A DNA stretch of 64,000 bases, from NCBI GenBank assembly GCA_017860455.1, contig JAGDMF010000006.1, forward strand, positions 87,028 through 151,027, written 5' to 3'. Of the stretch, positions 37,323 to 48,765 are shown piece after piece; the first letter of the stretch is position 1; each line of letters begins with the position of its first letter. The DNA is from Bacteroidota bacterium (lineage in GTDB: Bacteria > Bacteroidota > Bacteroidia > Bacteroidales > WCHB1-69). The notes beneath the pieces were generated by a model. It ran no database searches, was not told the DNA's origin, and saw only the letters and a list, made by a program, of their open reading frames with translations. A program made the translations under genes and the position numbers.

Positions 37323-40300
37323 ATGAGATTTACATTTTTTATTTTTTCATTATTTTTAACCTTAAGTTTAACAGGTCAAAATTGTAATAGAACCAAACCA
37401 ATAAATAATCAAGATATTGAATTACTTCAAGAAAACTATATTCCTAATGACACAACACCAATTTTAACAATAAAATTAGCATTTCATGTATGGAGAGATG
37501 ATAACGGTAATGGAAATTATTGGTTAGATACTCCTCAATATCGAGATACATTACAATAAGTAGTGCAGTTAGTTAATCAGATTTATCAAACAAATGAACA
37601 GTTTAGTGATCCAATTGATGGTGCAGTATATATTCCTGATACTAAAGTAAGATTTGAAATTGATACAATCTATTATTACAATAAATCAATTTTAGTGAAT
37701 AGTTCTTATGAATATAGTATTACGAATTATTTCAATAGCCCAAATCTTTTTAAAGAAAGGAAAAAGATATTTGCATGCCATTTAACGCCTCAACTTCATC
37801 CTGATAATGCATCGGGTTCTTCATTTAATGATTCAGGACTTGAACAAATAGTTGAATTTAAACAACAACCTGATAGTGTAAATATTTTATGTTTAGCACA
37901 AAATATTGCACATGAATTTGCTCATAATTTTAAATTAAAACATACATATTCTAGTAGATCCCCAGAAGATACTCTGATAAATGGAATTGATTTTTTATGG
38001 GATATCTTTGGAAATCAAACTCAAAGTTGGTGTAATAGTCCTCAAGGTTATGTATGTTTACATGATGCCGGTTGGACAATAGATCCATTTTTACCCGACT
38101 CAATTAACACAGCGACTAACAATATAATGAGTGGAACTAACTCAAAATTTCATTTTTCAGCATTACAAATGGGGAGGATACATCGTTCATTATCAACAGC
38201 AAATATTAGAAACTTTGCCTATGGATATTCTGATATTCCATATATTGTTTCTGATATCAAAACAATTGATTTTACCAGAAAATTTTATCAAAATGTTATC
38301 ATTGAAAATGGTGGCTGCTTAACCTTGAAATGTACAACAGAGTTTGTTCCTGAAGCATCAATAATAGTTAAACCGGGCGGAAAACTTATTATTGATGGAG
38401 GTAAAATTACTAAGTCATTTAACTGCAATTATTGGCAGGGTATTATTGTTGAAGGTACTCCTTCAGAAACCCAAATGGGAGTTACGCCAAATCAAGGGAT
38501 TGTAATATTAAATGGTGCTATAATTGAAAATGCTATTTGTGGAGTTAAAGTTGGTGATCAATTAGATCCATCGAAAAATGGAGGGATTGTATATGCTTAC
38601 AACACAGATTTTAAAAACTGTAAGAATGCTATTTTATTTGCTCCATACAAAAATATGAATGGTAGTTTGGAGTTAGCCAACAGCTCAAAATTTACTGATT
38701 GTGAGTTTATTGTTGATAATGCTTTCGATAATACAGGATTAACTTTTGATTCCCATGTCGAACTATTAGGAGTAAATGGGATAACCTTTACTGGCTGCCG
38801 TTTTACAAATTCAAGAACTAATTATAATCCTCCAGCACATAGATATGCATCAACTGGAATCTCTGCTTTTAATTCAGGTTTTACTGTACAACCTAAATGT
38901 TTATCAAATCTAATAACTGGTGAGGTTTGTGATCTAAACGATTTGGATATTGAATCTATATTTACAGGACTTGATTATGGGATTGTGGCACAAGGAAGTG
39001 ACGATTTTCACAAAGTATCTGTACTTTCAACAAAATTTATTTCAAATGACTATGGTATCTACCTTTCAGGCGTAAATAATGCGAAAATTCTTAACAACTC
39101 TTTCACCATTGCTAAAAACAACAACAATCTTGCATCCAGTCCTGTCGGACTCTACATTCTTGGTGGTTCAGGATTTAGAATAGAAGAAAATGAATTTTTA
39201 AATAATTCATTTTCTTCTTTGGATAAAATCGGAATTCAAGTTAAAAACACTGGAAAAGAAAACAATCAAATATACAAAAATCAATTTGTTAACTTAACCT
39301 ATGGACAGATTTTTGAAGGAATAAACTATTCTACAAGAAATCCATCAGAAGGTTTAGTAAGTTTGTGCAATGAAAACCAAAATAATGTAAAAGATGATTT
39401 TTGGGTTCGTGAAATTAATGGATTTGATTTCAATGGCATCAATCAGCATCAAGGAGTAATGTTAAATACTGGGAGCATGATGCAAATTGTCTCTTGTGCT
39501 GGAAATACATTCTCCACTTCACCTTTTTATCAATATCAAAACGATGGGAACTATATATATTATTTACAAGACCCAAATTATTCAAGTCAAATCTTAAGTA
39601 TTTACTCTTCAAATATTGATGTGATCAATGCTCCTGAAAATTCTTGTCCTTCAAAAATCAATGCATTAAATATTCAAACAATTGAATCTGAATTAACAAA
39701 TATTACTTTAAATTATGCCAATTTAAAGTATAATTATAATGAATTAATTGATGCAGGTAATACGGAAGAATTGCTTCAATTAATTCAGGGAGAATGGTCT
39801 GAAGATGTTTGGAAATTAAGAACTGAATTGTTAGGTGAATCTCCATATTTATCCCAAGAAGCAATTGAATCTGTTGCTATGGAAAATTTCTTACCCCCAG
39901 CCTTACTTCTTGAAATCTGTATCGCTAACCCTGACGCAACAAAAGATCAAGGATTTTTGGATCTATTACGTTATGAAATTCCAACTCCACTACCTGAATT
40001 TATGATAGATTTAATTATCGCAAGTTGGGATGAAAGAACTTTGAGAACAGAAATGGAAGAACAACTCGCTGCTTTTAAAACGTATAAAGATGAATACCAT
40101 AACTATAAAACAGAGTTTTTATTATCAGATACCATCTATAACTATTCTGATATCATCAATCATTTGGGAAGCAGAGGCTCATATAGTGATTACTTCTCCT
40201 TATCCGAAATTGCATTAAATCAGGAGGATTTTATTCAGACAAATCTTTATCTTGATATTCTTGAATACAATACAGAAAAACTTAGTAGTGAAGAAGTTGC

Positions 40301-40811
40301 TGAAATTTCAAGTTTTAGAGATTATATTGCGATCAGAGAATCCATTTTACTTGATAGTACAACCATTTATAATTTAGATAGTACTCAAATTGCTACTTTA
40401 GAAGCTTATGCATCTTCCAATAACTACAGAGGTGCAGTCTTAGCTAGAAATATATTGTGTTTCTTATACGATATTTGCATTGATGATGTTCCTGCTCCTC
40501 CTAAAATGGTAAGAGTTGGTTCAAATACGAATTCTAATAAAAATACAACCCCTTACATTGCATCAGTAAAAGTGTTGCCAAATCCTGCCAATACTTATGC
40601 TTCCTTTATCTGGGATATGAAATCATACAATCAACCTGCAATCCTTCAAATCTTTGATCAATCAGGAAAAGAAATGGTTTCAAAACCAATCGAAAACCAA
40701 CAAGGTCAATGGATTTGGGATCTCAGAGACATACCCAGCGGTGTGTATGTTTTTACTTTGAAATCGGATCAGTTGGTTCTGTTTTCAGGAAAAGTGATTG
40801 TGAATAAATAG
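37323..40811 (+). pseudogene. zinc-metalloprotease-like T9SS-sorted protein interrupted by one in-frame TAA (37557-37559)
   Basis: The signal-peptide ORF 37323..37559 and the ORF 37563..40811 share one frame. Features are HExxH (AHEFAHNFKLKH), beta-helix-like repeats and a T9SS CTD (LPNPANTYASF...GVYVFTL). Confidence 0.7.
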
Positions 40812-40877
40812 GGCGAATGGTGAAAGGCGAAGGGCGAAAAGAATTAGCAAATTAGCAAATTTGTGAATTAGCAAATT
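40811..40877 (+). repeat. GGCGAA-type word array followed by TTAGCAAA word array
   Basis: The array starts at the last base of the stop codon (40809-40811). The same two-module order is seen at 46199-46272 and 63040-63093. Confidence 0.9.
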
Positions 40878-40899
40878 ATAAAATTTATAGTGTAGTATT

Positions 40900-40942
40900 A
40901 TTGGGGCAAAATTCATGGATGGATTTTGTCCCAATTTTTTTT
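40900..40942 (+). terminator. rho-independent terminator (repeat-family member)
   Basis: ATTGGGGCAAAA-loop-TTTTGTCCCAAT (one G:U pair) followed by T8, then a conserved 35-nt block at 40943-40977. Confidence 0.75.
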
Positions 40943-40987
40943 GTTTGTAGCGTGAAGATATGCTAAGAAAAACGAAGCCACTTAAAG

Positions 40988-41078
40988 CACATCAGCACAT
41001 TAGCACAATAGCTTTTTAGCACATTAGCACATCAACACATTAGCACATTAGCTTATTAGCACATTAGCACATTAGCTC
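40988..41078 (+). repeat. ATTAGCAC word array directly upstream of a -7 box
   Basis: The units are the reverse complement of the GTGCTAAT array at 62950-63037. Confidence 0.9.
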
Positions 41079-41088
41079 ATTTTTTTTA

Positions 41089-41096
41089 TATCTTTG
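41089..41096 (+). promoter_or_regulatory. Bacteroidota -7 promoter box
   Basis: TATCTTTG lies 28 nt upstream of the ATG at 41124. Confidence 0.5.
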
Positions 41097-41123
41097 TGCA
41101 TTGTATTCCTAATACTGTGCGCC

Positions 41124-42716
41124 ATGAAAATAGTACTTAAAATTTGTATCTTATTGATTGGATTCACATTCCAACTCAATGCTCAGGTACCACAAATTAA
41201 ATGGTGGTATGATGTAAATGACGCCTCATTTGGACAATCTGCTGCCGGCGATATTGACGGAGACGGATTTCTGGAAGTGGTTTTTGGATGCTATCGGAAT
41301 GATAGTACTGTTTATGCCCTGAATGGCAATAATGGCACGCTTCTTTGGAAATATAACACCCATTCTGCTTCTGCTGAAGGGTGTAATGATGTTGCGCCTC
41401 TCATATACAATGTGGATGATGATGCCATCGTTGAAGTGATTGTCCCCAGCTCCTGTAACCCCAAAACTTTTTGTTTTAACGGATCAACCGGAACCATTAA
41501 ATGGGAATCTAATACCAGAGGTAGCGATTCTCCTCCTGTCATTGCGGATATTGATCAAGATGGAATACCTGAAATCTTACATGGTGAATTCGGGGGTTAT
41601 GTGAAATGTATCAATGCTTTAAACGGTGCAGAAAAATGGGAACTTCCGGTTGATCTCAATTCGTGGATCCAAACAGCACCCACTGTAGTGGATTTAGATC
41701 AGAATGGAGTGTTGGATTTTGTAGTTGGAACATGGAATTTTGATGGAAATGATAGTGTATATGCCTTCCGGGGTGATAATCAGTCCCGATTGTGGGCATA
41801 CCCGATTCATGATTATATGTATCATGGAACTGCTGTTGCCGATCTCGATATGGATCAAAAACCGGAACTGGTGATTGGATCTTATAATGATACCCTCTAT
41901 TGCATTAATGGGGAAAACGGTACCACCAAGTGGACCTATAAAGCGAATGGCGGATATATCGGATCTCCGGCAACTATAGCAGATATTGATAACGATGGGA
42001 TTTGTGAGGTCGTATTTGTTAGCGCTTATAAAGTGATTGTTTTAACCAATTCAGGTACTTTAAAATGGCAATATTCGATTCCCAATTATGAACAATCATT
42101 TAGAGGAGTGGCTATTGCAGATATTAATGACGACAACTATCCTGATATCATCTTTGGAACTACAGGAGGTAAAGTGATCACATTAAATGGTAATAATGGC
42201 TCATTGATATGGTCTTTAGATCTTGCAACTCATATAGGAAATAGTAATTTTGAATTTGACCATGCTCCTCTTGTTGCAGATTTTGACCAGGATGATACCC
42301 TTGATATTTTTATTGTGGGTGGGCATGCTGAATATCCAGATTTCCAAAATAATTATGGAAGAGCCTATATGATTTCTGCCGGAAAAGGGAAAGGCCCAGA
42401 TTGGTTAATGTTTCAAAAAAATCGTTTTAGAGATTCTTCATTATGTCCATTTACCCCCAATTCCATTGAAGAAACTACCAAAAATCAATCTTTTTCAATC
42501 TTTCCAAACCCCTCTTCCGGTTTTATAACAGTAACCATTCCCAACGAAGATCATTTTCAGATAGAAATTGTGAATAACCTGGGGCAGGTTGTTTACCAAG
42601 CTGATGGGAATAAAACTCTGAATATTGATATCTCCTTTTTTAGTAAAGGGCTCTATTTCATTCGCATACAAACAGAACAGCAAAATTATAGGGTTCAAAA
42701 AATGATAGTTCAATAA
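41124..42716 (+). CDS. FG-GAP/VCBS-repeat T9SS-sorted protein
   Basis: Seven DxDxDG-type repeats (DIDGDGFLEVV, DIDQDGIPEIL, DLDQNGVLDFV...) and a T9SS CTD (FPNPSSGFITV...GLYFIRI). The start was set at MKIVLK. Confidence 0.75.
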   Translation: MKIVLKICILLIGFTFQLNAQVPQIKWWYDVNDASFGQSAAGDIDGDGFLEVVFGCYRNDSTVYALNGNNGTLLWKYNTHSASAEGCNDVAPLIYNVDDDAIVEVIVPSSCNPKTFCFNGSTGTIKWESNTRGSDSPPVIADIDQDGIPEILHGEFGGYVKCINALNGAEKWELPVDLNSWIQTAPTVVDLDQNGVLDFVVGTWNFDGNDSVYAFRGDNQSRLWAYPIHDYMYHGTAVADLDMDQKPELVIGSYNDTLYCINGENGTTKWTYKANGGYIGSPATIADIDNDGICEVVFVSAYKVIVLTNSGTLKWQYSIPNYEQSFRGVAIADINDDNYPDIIFGTTGGKVITLNGNNGSLIWSLDLATHIGNSNFEFDHAPLVADFDQDDTLDIFIVGGHAEYPDFQNNYGRAYMISAGKGKGPDWLMFQKNRFRDSSLCPFTPNSIEETTKNQSFSIFPNPSSGFITVTIPNEDHFQIEIVNNLGQVVYQADGNKTLNIDISFFSKGLYFIRIQTEQQNYRVQKMIVQ

Positions 42717-42718
42717 AT

Positions 42719-43666
42719 TTATAGTTTCACAATCTTTTTCACAACATGTTCATTTTTAGAAATTTGGAATTCTAACAGGTAGATTCCATTGGGCAGGTGT
42801 GACATATCAATTGTTGAATTATTGGGAGAGATCTCAAATTTTTGGATTTCTGTTCCGAATATAGAGTAAAGCACAATAGTATAATTTTCAGTAATTGAAG
42901 TATTTATATTAACAATTCCCCCCGTAGGATTTGGGTAACAAAACAACTCTTTTTTAGAATGATGTTGAATTCCAACATGATCCAAAAGGGCTTCACAATC
43001 CTCCCCTACAACATTGAATAATGGGAACGATTGATCTTCGAAACATCTGAATTGATACATTGAAAATTCAACTTCAAAAGGGAGTGAATCACATTGATAT
43101 TCTGACGGAAAAAGAGTTTGTAAATCGCCTGTTCCTGTACTGATGCATCCTATTCTTTCAATATATTTTCCTTTTAGTCCAACAAATGAGTTTGGAGTTG
43201 GTCTTAAATTAATGTATCGAAGAGAGATTCCATTAATCATCATGGTACCTGTTCCCGTCACTTCAACAGATGATGTATCATTACAATAGCCTAATTCGTT
43301 AGTTGTTGAAACAATCCAGGTATCCCCAACAGATGCCCCAAAATTATACATTACAAAAAATTGATCATCCCGATAATAAAAAACAGTATCTCCGGATACG
43401 TAGGTGAAATTTGTTTCACCTTTTGTTTCACCCCAATAATGAAGGATGCCATTTATATCAAAATAAAAATCCATACTAGATTTGGTAATCTTTTGGCACA
43501 ATTTATTCAGAATCAATGTATCTTTTTCATACATATACTTAACATATCCACCAGTAGCCAGATTGGAATAATCATAATGCCATACAGCTCCGGAATCGAC
43601 CCAAACCTGCGCATTTGATGATATTGCGATTAAAAACAAACTGATCAGAATTATACCTTTTCTCAT
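42719..43666 (-). CDS. T9SS C-terminal-domain secreted protein
   Basis: Signal peptide plus C-terminal YPNPTGGIVNI...GIYLLEFQ. Confidence 0.7.
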   Translation of the reverse strand: MRKGIILISLFLIAISSNAQVWVDSGAVWHYDYSNLATGGYVKYMYEKDTLILNKLCQKITKSSMDFYFDINGILHYWGETKGETNFTYVSGDTVFYYRDDQFFVMYNFGASVGDTWIVSTTNELGYCNDTSSVEVTGTGTMMINGISLRYINLRPTPNSFVGLKGKYIERIGCISTGTGDLQTLFPSEYQCDSLPFEVEFSMYQFRCFEDQSFPLFNVVGEDCEALLDHVGIQHHSKKELFCYPNPTGGIVNINTSITENYTIVLYSIFGTEIQKFEISPNNSTIDMSHLPNGIYLLEFQISKNEHVVKKIVKL

Positions 43667-43724
43667 AGCGTTTTATTTAAAAATTTGATTTAACAAAAAT
43701 AGAAAAAAATAACATATTTTGTAT

Positions 43725-43732
43725 TATATTTG
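43725..43732 (+). promoter_or_regulatory. Bacteroidota -7 promoter box
   Basis: TATATTTG lies ~86 nt upstream of the histidine kinase ATG. Confidence 0.4.
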
Positions 43733-43817
43733 CAATTAATTTGAAACCTAAAAAAGTTAGGTTAAGTTTCCAACTCTAAGTGCTTCTCCAAAACGTAATC
43801 ATTTAAAGAGCTTTGAC

Positions 43818-46205
43818 ATGAAAACTTCAGACAAAACCAGGCAACAGTTATTCGAAGAGTTGCAGGAATTGGAGCAAGAAAACAATTCTTTAAAGGAAAC
43901 TCTCGAAAAAAATACAGTGTTACTTCATAGAACTGAGGAGGCTTTACATGAAAGTGAAGAGCACCTCCAACTATTGTTTAATAAATCTCCATTTGGATAT
44001 CAATCTTTGGATATTAATGGATTTTTTATTGAAGTAAACCAGCAATGGTTGGATACTTTAGGCTATGAAAGAGAGGAAGTTATAGGAAAATGGTTTGGAG
44101 ATTTTTTGACTCCTGTTTATCAAAACGGGTTTCGTGAAAGATTTCCGATCTTTAAGGCACAAGGGAAAATTCATAGCGAGTTTGAAATGATTCATAAAAA
44201 CGGATCCGTTAAATTTATTGCATTTGATGGTAGAATCGGGTACAATATTTCTGGTGATTTTCTTCAAACACATTGTATTTTGCAAGATATTACTGAAAAA
44301 AAGAGAAGTGAACATGCTTTACAAGAGAGTGCAAAAGAGTATAAAAATTTAATCGAGATCTCTCCGATAGGTATGTGTATTATCAAAGATTGGCATACAA
44401 TCTATTTTAATCCGGCTGCTATTCAATTGTTTGGAGCAGAAACTGAAAAAGAAATATTAGGTAAACACATTTTTGAGTTAGTTCATCCTGATTTTCATGA
44501 ACTCATAAACGAAAATGCTAAATATCTTGCAGAAAATGGGTATGTCAATATGCAAGAGCAAAAGTACATAAAGCTAGATGGAACCATTTTGGATGTTGAA
44601 ACTCAAGCAAAATCGATTCGATTTAACGATACGAATGCCACTTTAGTTGTCATTAAAGATATTACGGAGCGAAAAAGGGCTGAAAGGGAATTGAAAGAGA
44701 GTGAAGAACGGTTTAAAGCATTACACAATGCATCTTTTGGAGGGATTGTAATTCACGATAAAGGAAAAATTCTGGAATGCAACAAAGGTTTATCTGAAAT
44801 AACCGGGTATAGTTATGACGAACTAATTGGAATGGATGGGTTATTGCTCATTGATGATAGCACTAGAGATTTAGTTTTAAACAATATTATGGCAGGCTAT
44901 GAAAAACCCTATGAGGCAGTTGGAATTAGAAAAAATGGTGCATTATATCCTGTAAGATTAGAGGCTCGGAATATACCTTACAAAGGAAAAAATGTCAGAA
45001 CCGTTGAATTTCGGGACATAACTGAACGTAAAGCAGCAGAACAGGAGCTTATAGAAGCAAAATTGCATGCTGAAGAGAGTGATCGGCTTAAATCTGCATT
45101 TTTAGCGAATATGAGTCATGAAATCAGAACCCCAATGAATGGTATTCTGGGATTTGCTGAACTGTTAAAAGAACCGGATTTATCTGAAAAGGAACTTCAA
45201 AAATATATCAAAATCATTGAAAAAAGTGGCATCCGTATGCTTAACATTATCAATGATATTGTTGACATTTCAAAAATTGAAGCCGGATTGATGAAACTAA
45301 ATATTTCAGAAACCAATATTAATGATCAAATTGAATATATTTACACATTTTTTAAACCTGAAGTGGAAGCGAGAGGATTAACACTTAGTAAATTCACTCC
45401 ATTACCTGCAAAAAAAGCGAATATAATTACTGATCGTGAAAAAGTTTATGCTATACTTACAAATTTAGTCAAAAATAGTATAAAATACACTGATAATGGA
45501 TCTATTGAATTTGGATATCGACTAATTGAAAACCAAAATAATACATCGTACCTTGAATTTTTTGTCAGAGATACCGGTATTGGAATATCAAAAGATCGAA
45601 TAGAAGCCATATTTGAACGATTTATTCAAGCTGATATTTCAGATGCCAAAGCCAAGCAGGGAGCCGGTTTGGGATTGTCAATAACTAAGGCTTACGTGGA
45701 GATGCTTGGTGGAACTATCTGGGTAGAAAGCGAAGAAGGAGTTGGATCAACTTTTTATTTTACCTTACCATTTCATGTTCAATCAGAAGAAATTGAAGAT
45801 CATCTAAAATCACCACATTCAACGAATAAACTGTTTGATATAAAATTAAAAATTCTGATTGCTGAAGACGATGAAGTATCTGAATTATTATTAGGGGAAA
45901 CAGTAAAATTGTACAGTCGAGAGATCCTAAAAGCAAGGACTGGAGTTGAAGCAGTTGAAGCATGTAGATTAAATCCTGATATTGACTTGATTTTGATGGA
46001 TATCAGAATGCCCGAGTTAGGTGGATATGAAGCTACGAGAAAAATCAGAGAATTTAATAAATCTGTTTATATATTGGCACAAACTGCCTTTGGATTATCA
46101 GGAGACCGAGAAAAAGCAATTGAGGCAGGGTGCAATGAATATATCTCAAAACCTATTCGTAAAGAGGAGCTCATGGAACTTCTATATCAATACTTTAAGG
46201 GCTAA
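43818..46205 (+). CDS. PAS-domain hybrid sensor histidine kinase/response regulator
   Basis: Three PAS-like segments, H-box MSHEIRTPMNGI, a G-box GAGLGLSI, and a receiver domain (LIAEDDE...ILMDIRMPELGG...K). Confidence 0.9.
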   Translation: MKTSDKTRQQLFEELQELEQENNSLKETLEKNTVLLHRTEEALHESEEHLQLLFNKSPFGYQSLDINGFFIEVNQQWLDTLGYEREEVIGKWFGDFLTPVYQNGFRERFPIFKAQGKIHSEFEMIHKNGSVKFIAFDGRIGYNISGDFLQTHCILQDITEKKRSEHALQESAKEYKNLIEISPIGMCIIKDWHTIYFNPAAIQLFGAETEKEILGKHIFELVHPDFHELINENAKYLAENGYVNMQEQKYIKLDGTILDVETQAKSIRFNDTNATLVVIKDITERKRAERELKESEERFKALHNASFGGIVIHDKGKILECNKGLSEITGYSYDELIGMDGLLLIDDSTRDLVLNNIMAGYEKPYEAVGIRKNGALYPVRLEARNIPYKGKNVRTVEFRDITERKAAEQELIEAKLHAEESDRLKSAFLANMSHEIRTPMNGILGFAELLKEPDLSEKELQKYIKIIEKSGIRMLNIINDIVDISKIEAGLMKLNISETNINDQIEYIYTFFKPEVEARGLTLSKFTPLPAKKANIITDREKVYAILTNLVKNSIKYTDNGSIEFGYRLIENQNNTSYLEFFVRDTGIGISKDRIEAIFERFIQADISDAKAKQGAGLGLSITKAYVEMLGGTIWVESEEGVGSTFYFTLPFHVQSEEIEDHLKSPHSTNKLFDIKLKILIAEDDEVSELLLGETVKLYSREILKARTGVEAVEACRLNPDIDLILMDIRMPELGGYEATRKIREFNKSVYILAQTAFGLSGDREKAIEAGCNEYISKPIRKEELMELLYQYFKG

Positions 46206-46357
46206 GGGCAAAAGGCGAAAGGCGAAGGGCGAAATGGAATTAGCAAATTAGTGAATTTGTAAATTAGCAAATGATCATAAATTATGAATTATTATAATTT
46301 CGAGCAATCGAGCATTCGAAATGAATATTGTGATTATGAAGTCTGCAGTCGGCAGAC
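46199..46357 (+). repeat. concatenated word modules (GGCGAA, TTAGCAAA, GAGCAATC, GTCTGC..GCAGAC)
   Basis: Read directly. The array starts inside the kinase stop codon region. Confidence 0.85.
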
Positions 46358-46378
46358 TAAAAAAATATAATTTCTTTT

Positions 46379-47161
46379 TTATCTATTAAAAAATAACGTT
46401 AATTGATTAGTTAAATAATCGAATTGTATTATAACTTTTTCATTATTAAATAATCGCAACCCAAATTTTTTCAAGTAGATAATGTTTAAAGGATCGTTTT
46501 CGTAATTTAATTCAATAATATTTTCACCGTTGAAACAAGCTATATCATCAATTTCATTTAGAAAATTATATGTTAAATCTTTACTTTTTTTAATTATCGA
46601 AATATTAATAATATTATCAGGATAACCATATCTGCATGGTTCAAGCCATCCATAATCTTTTTCTTCTGTTACTAAAAGACCAATATTAAATGACCCTCCA
46701 TAAAAACAAATAACAGTATCAGAAATGGGTTTGTTTATGATTTCGAATTTAATTTTTCCAAATTGCAAAAGTGCTGGATAAATGGTGTCATAAGCATCAT
46801 TAGTATTAGTTGAATATAGAATAGTCATTTCTTCAACATAATCTTTAGTAATAAGATCAAATCCAACGTCACAACAACCCAGATTCATTATTAATTGAGT
46901 TTTATTAGGAATTCTGGAATAAATAGTATCAAAATAAGTTTTATTGTTTATAGTTTCCTGAAAAAAAATGGTATCGATACTTTTTTTATGAGGATAAATA
47001 ATTATTTCATCATCAGAAGGAGTATAAGTAATTCCATTTATTGTCCAGTGCAAATTTCTTTCAGGTAAATTCAATATATCATTACCAAATTTTATTTTAG
47101 ATTGACCTGAAACGGAAAATCCAATTAATATAATACTTAATAGTAATAAAAAATATTTCAT
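46379..47161 (-). CDS. hypothetical secreted protein
   Basis: 260-aa ORF with a signal peptide. Confidence 0.5.
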   Translation of the reverse strand: MKYFLLLLSIILIGFSVSGQSKIKFGNDILNLPERNLHWTINGITYTPSDDEIIIYPHKKSIDTIFFQETINNKTYFDTIYSRIPNKTQLIMNLGCCDVGFDLITKDYVEEMTILYSTNTNDAYDTIYPALLQFGKIKFEIINKPISDTVICFYGGSFNIGLLVTEEKDYGWLEPCRYGYPDNIINISIIKKSKDLTYNFLNEIDDIACFNGENIIELNYENDPLNIIYLKKFGLRLFNNEKVIIQFDYLTNQLTLFFNR

Positions 47162-47222
47162 TTTAATTTAAAAATAATATACTGATGAATCAATCCGCAA
47201 ATATAATAAATAAAAAATTAAT

Positions 47223-47259
47223 CAAAAAAAAATCCCTGTGTCTTTCGAATCAGGGATTT
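47223..47259 (-). terminator. rho-independent terminator immediately after rpsE
   Basis: The minus strand reads AAATCCCTG-attcgaaagaca-CAGGGATTT followed by a T-run. Confidence 0.8.
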
Positions 47260-47280
47260 CATATAGATTAATGAAAGTTA

Positions 47281-47799
47281 TTATCCATTAAATACGGTAT
47301 CGAGTGATACTCCGCGAACTTGAGCCACTGAATAAGCATCTCTTAATTGAGCAAGAGCATGAACGGTTGCTTTAACCACTGAGTGAGGGTTAGAAGATCC
47401 TTTAGATTTTGCTAACACGTTGTGGATACCAACAGTTTCAAGAACAGCACGCATAGCACCGCCGGCGATAATACCGGTACCGGGAGCAGCTGGTTTCATA
47501 AATACTAATGAACCACTGTATCTGCCTTCCTGAGCATGAGGAATAGTTCCTTTAAGGATAGAAACGCGGATTAAGTTTTTCTTAGCGTCATCGATTCCTT
47601 TTGCGATAGCAGAAGAAACCTCTTTTGCTTTACCTAAACCGAAACCAACGATTCCGTTTTCATTACCAACGACAACGATAGCTGAGAAGCTGAAAGTACG
47701 TCCCCCTTTGGTAACTTTAGTAACTCTATTTACTGCAACCAATCTATCTTTTAGTTCGATATCTGTTGCTTTGATTCTTTTTAAATTTTTATTTGACAT
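47281..47799 (-). CDS. rpsE: 30S ribosomal protein S5
   Basis: Full-length collinear S5 sequence. Confidence 0.97.
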   Translation of the reverse strand: MSNKNLKRIKATDIELKDRLVAVNRVTKVTKGGRTFSFSAIVVVGNENGIVGFGLGKAKEVSSAIAKGIDDAKKNLIRVSILKGTIPHAQEGRYSGSLVFMKPAAPGTGIIAGGAMRAVLETVGIHNVLAKSKGSSNPHSVVKATVHALAQLRDAYSVAQVRGVSLDTVFNG

Positions 47800-47811
47800 A
47801 GACGCTCCTTA

Positions 47812-48171
47812 TTAGAAAATTAAACCACCTTCTCTAGCAGCATCTGCTAAAGATTTCACTCTACCATGATATAAATAACCGTTACGGTCGAAAACAACCT
47901 GAGTTACACCTGCTTCGATTGCTTTTTGGGCAAGAAGTTTTCCAACTAAAGCTGATTTTTCAATTTTAGTAACTTTTTGGTCATTGATTTCTGCGATTCT
48001 GGATGAAGCGGAAACTACAGTTATACCGGCAGCATCATCAATAATTTGAGCATAGATATCGCGATTACTTCTGTAAACCGACAATCTTGGACGTTCTGGA
48101 GATCCGTGAACATGTTTACGGACTCTCATTTTAATCCTACTTCTTCTAAATTCTTTCTTATTATAAGCCAT
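47812..48171 (-). CDS. rplR: 50S ribosomal protein L18
   Basis: Collinear L18 sequence. Confidence 0.97.
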   Translation of the reverse strand: MAYNKKEFRRSRIKMRVRKHVHGSPERPRLSVYRSNRDIYAQIIDDAAGITVVSASSRIAEINDQKVTKIEKSALVGKLLAQKAIEAGVTQVVFDRNGYLYHGRVKSLADAAREGGLIF

Positions 48172-48189
48172 TTCCTTAAATTTACAATG

Positions 48190-48750
48190 TTATTTTTCTG
48201 CTGATTTACCGGCTTTCTTTCTAACGATTTCTCCAACGAATCGAATACCTTTTCCTTTATAAGGTTCTGGTTTTCTATAAGATCTGATCTTATTAGCGAT
48301 TTGTCCAAGTAATTGTTTATCGATACCTTTTAAAATGATGATTGGGTTTTTCCCTTTTTCAGTAATAGTTTCAACAGTAACTTCAGGACAAAGTTCGAAA
48401 AGGATACTGTGAGAATAACCAAGGGCTAATTCCAATTGGTTACCTGGTTTAGCTTCAGCTTTATAACCAACACCGACAACTTCTTGTTTAATAATGAAGC
48501 CTTCGGTAACACCTTTGATCATATTTGCTAATAAAGCTCTATATAACCCATGCATTGCTTTATGGCGTTTTTGTTCAGTTGGTCTGATAAGGGTAAGGTG
48601 ACCATCTTCCATAGTGTAGGTAATATCTCCATCAACGTATTGAGTAAGTTGACCTTTAGGACCTTTAACGGTCACGATATTACTTTTTTCATCTCTTGTA
48701 ATCTCCACCCCGGCAGGGATTGTGATTGGTAATTTTCCTATTCTTGACAT
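48190..48750 (-). CDS. rplF: 50S ribosomal protein L6
   Basis: Collinear L6 sequence. Confidence 0.97.
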   Translation of the reverse strand: MSRIGKLPITIPAGVEITRDEKSNIVTVKGPKGQLTQYVDGDITYTMEDGHLTLIRPTEQKRHKAMHGLYRALLANMIKGVTEGFIIKQEVVGVGYKAEAKPGNQLELALGYSHSILFELCPEVTVETITEKGKNPIIILKGIDKQLLGQIANKIRSYRKPEPYKGKGIRFVGEIVRKKAGKSAEK

Positions 48751-48765
48751 AACTCTTTCCTCCTA

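Noticed and set aside
19621-37559. TAA reassigned as a sense codon (alternative genetic code) to explain the two in-frame TAAs
   Set aside because: TAA terminates well-conserved genes at their expected ends in this window, for example rpsE at 47281-47283 and the PIN-like and gajA-adjacent ORFs. Standard code 11 therefore applies.
46341-46357. GTCTGC-agtcg-GCAGAC hairpin as a terminator between convergent genes
   Set aside because: The stem is only 6 bp with no T-run on either strand after it. It is more likely just another instance of the GCAGAC word family.
48126-48308. ORF 48126..48308(-), 60 aa, spanning the rplF/rplR junction
   Set aside because: It overlaps two conserved ribosomal protein genes out of frame.
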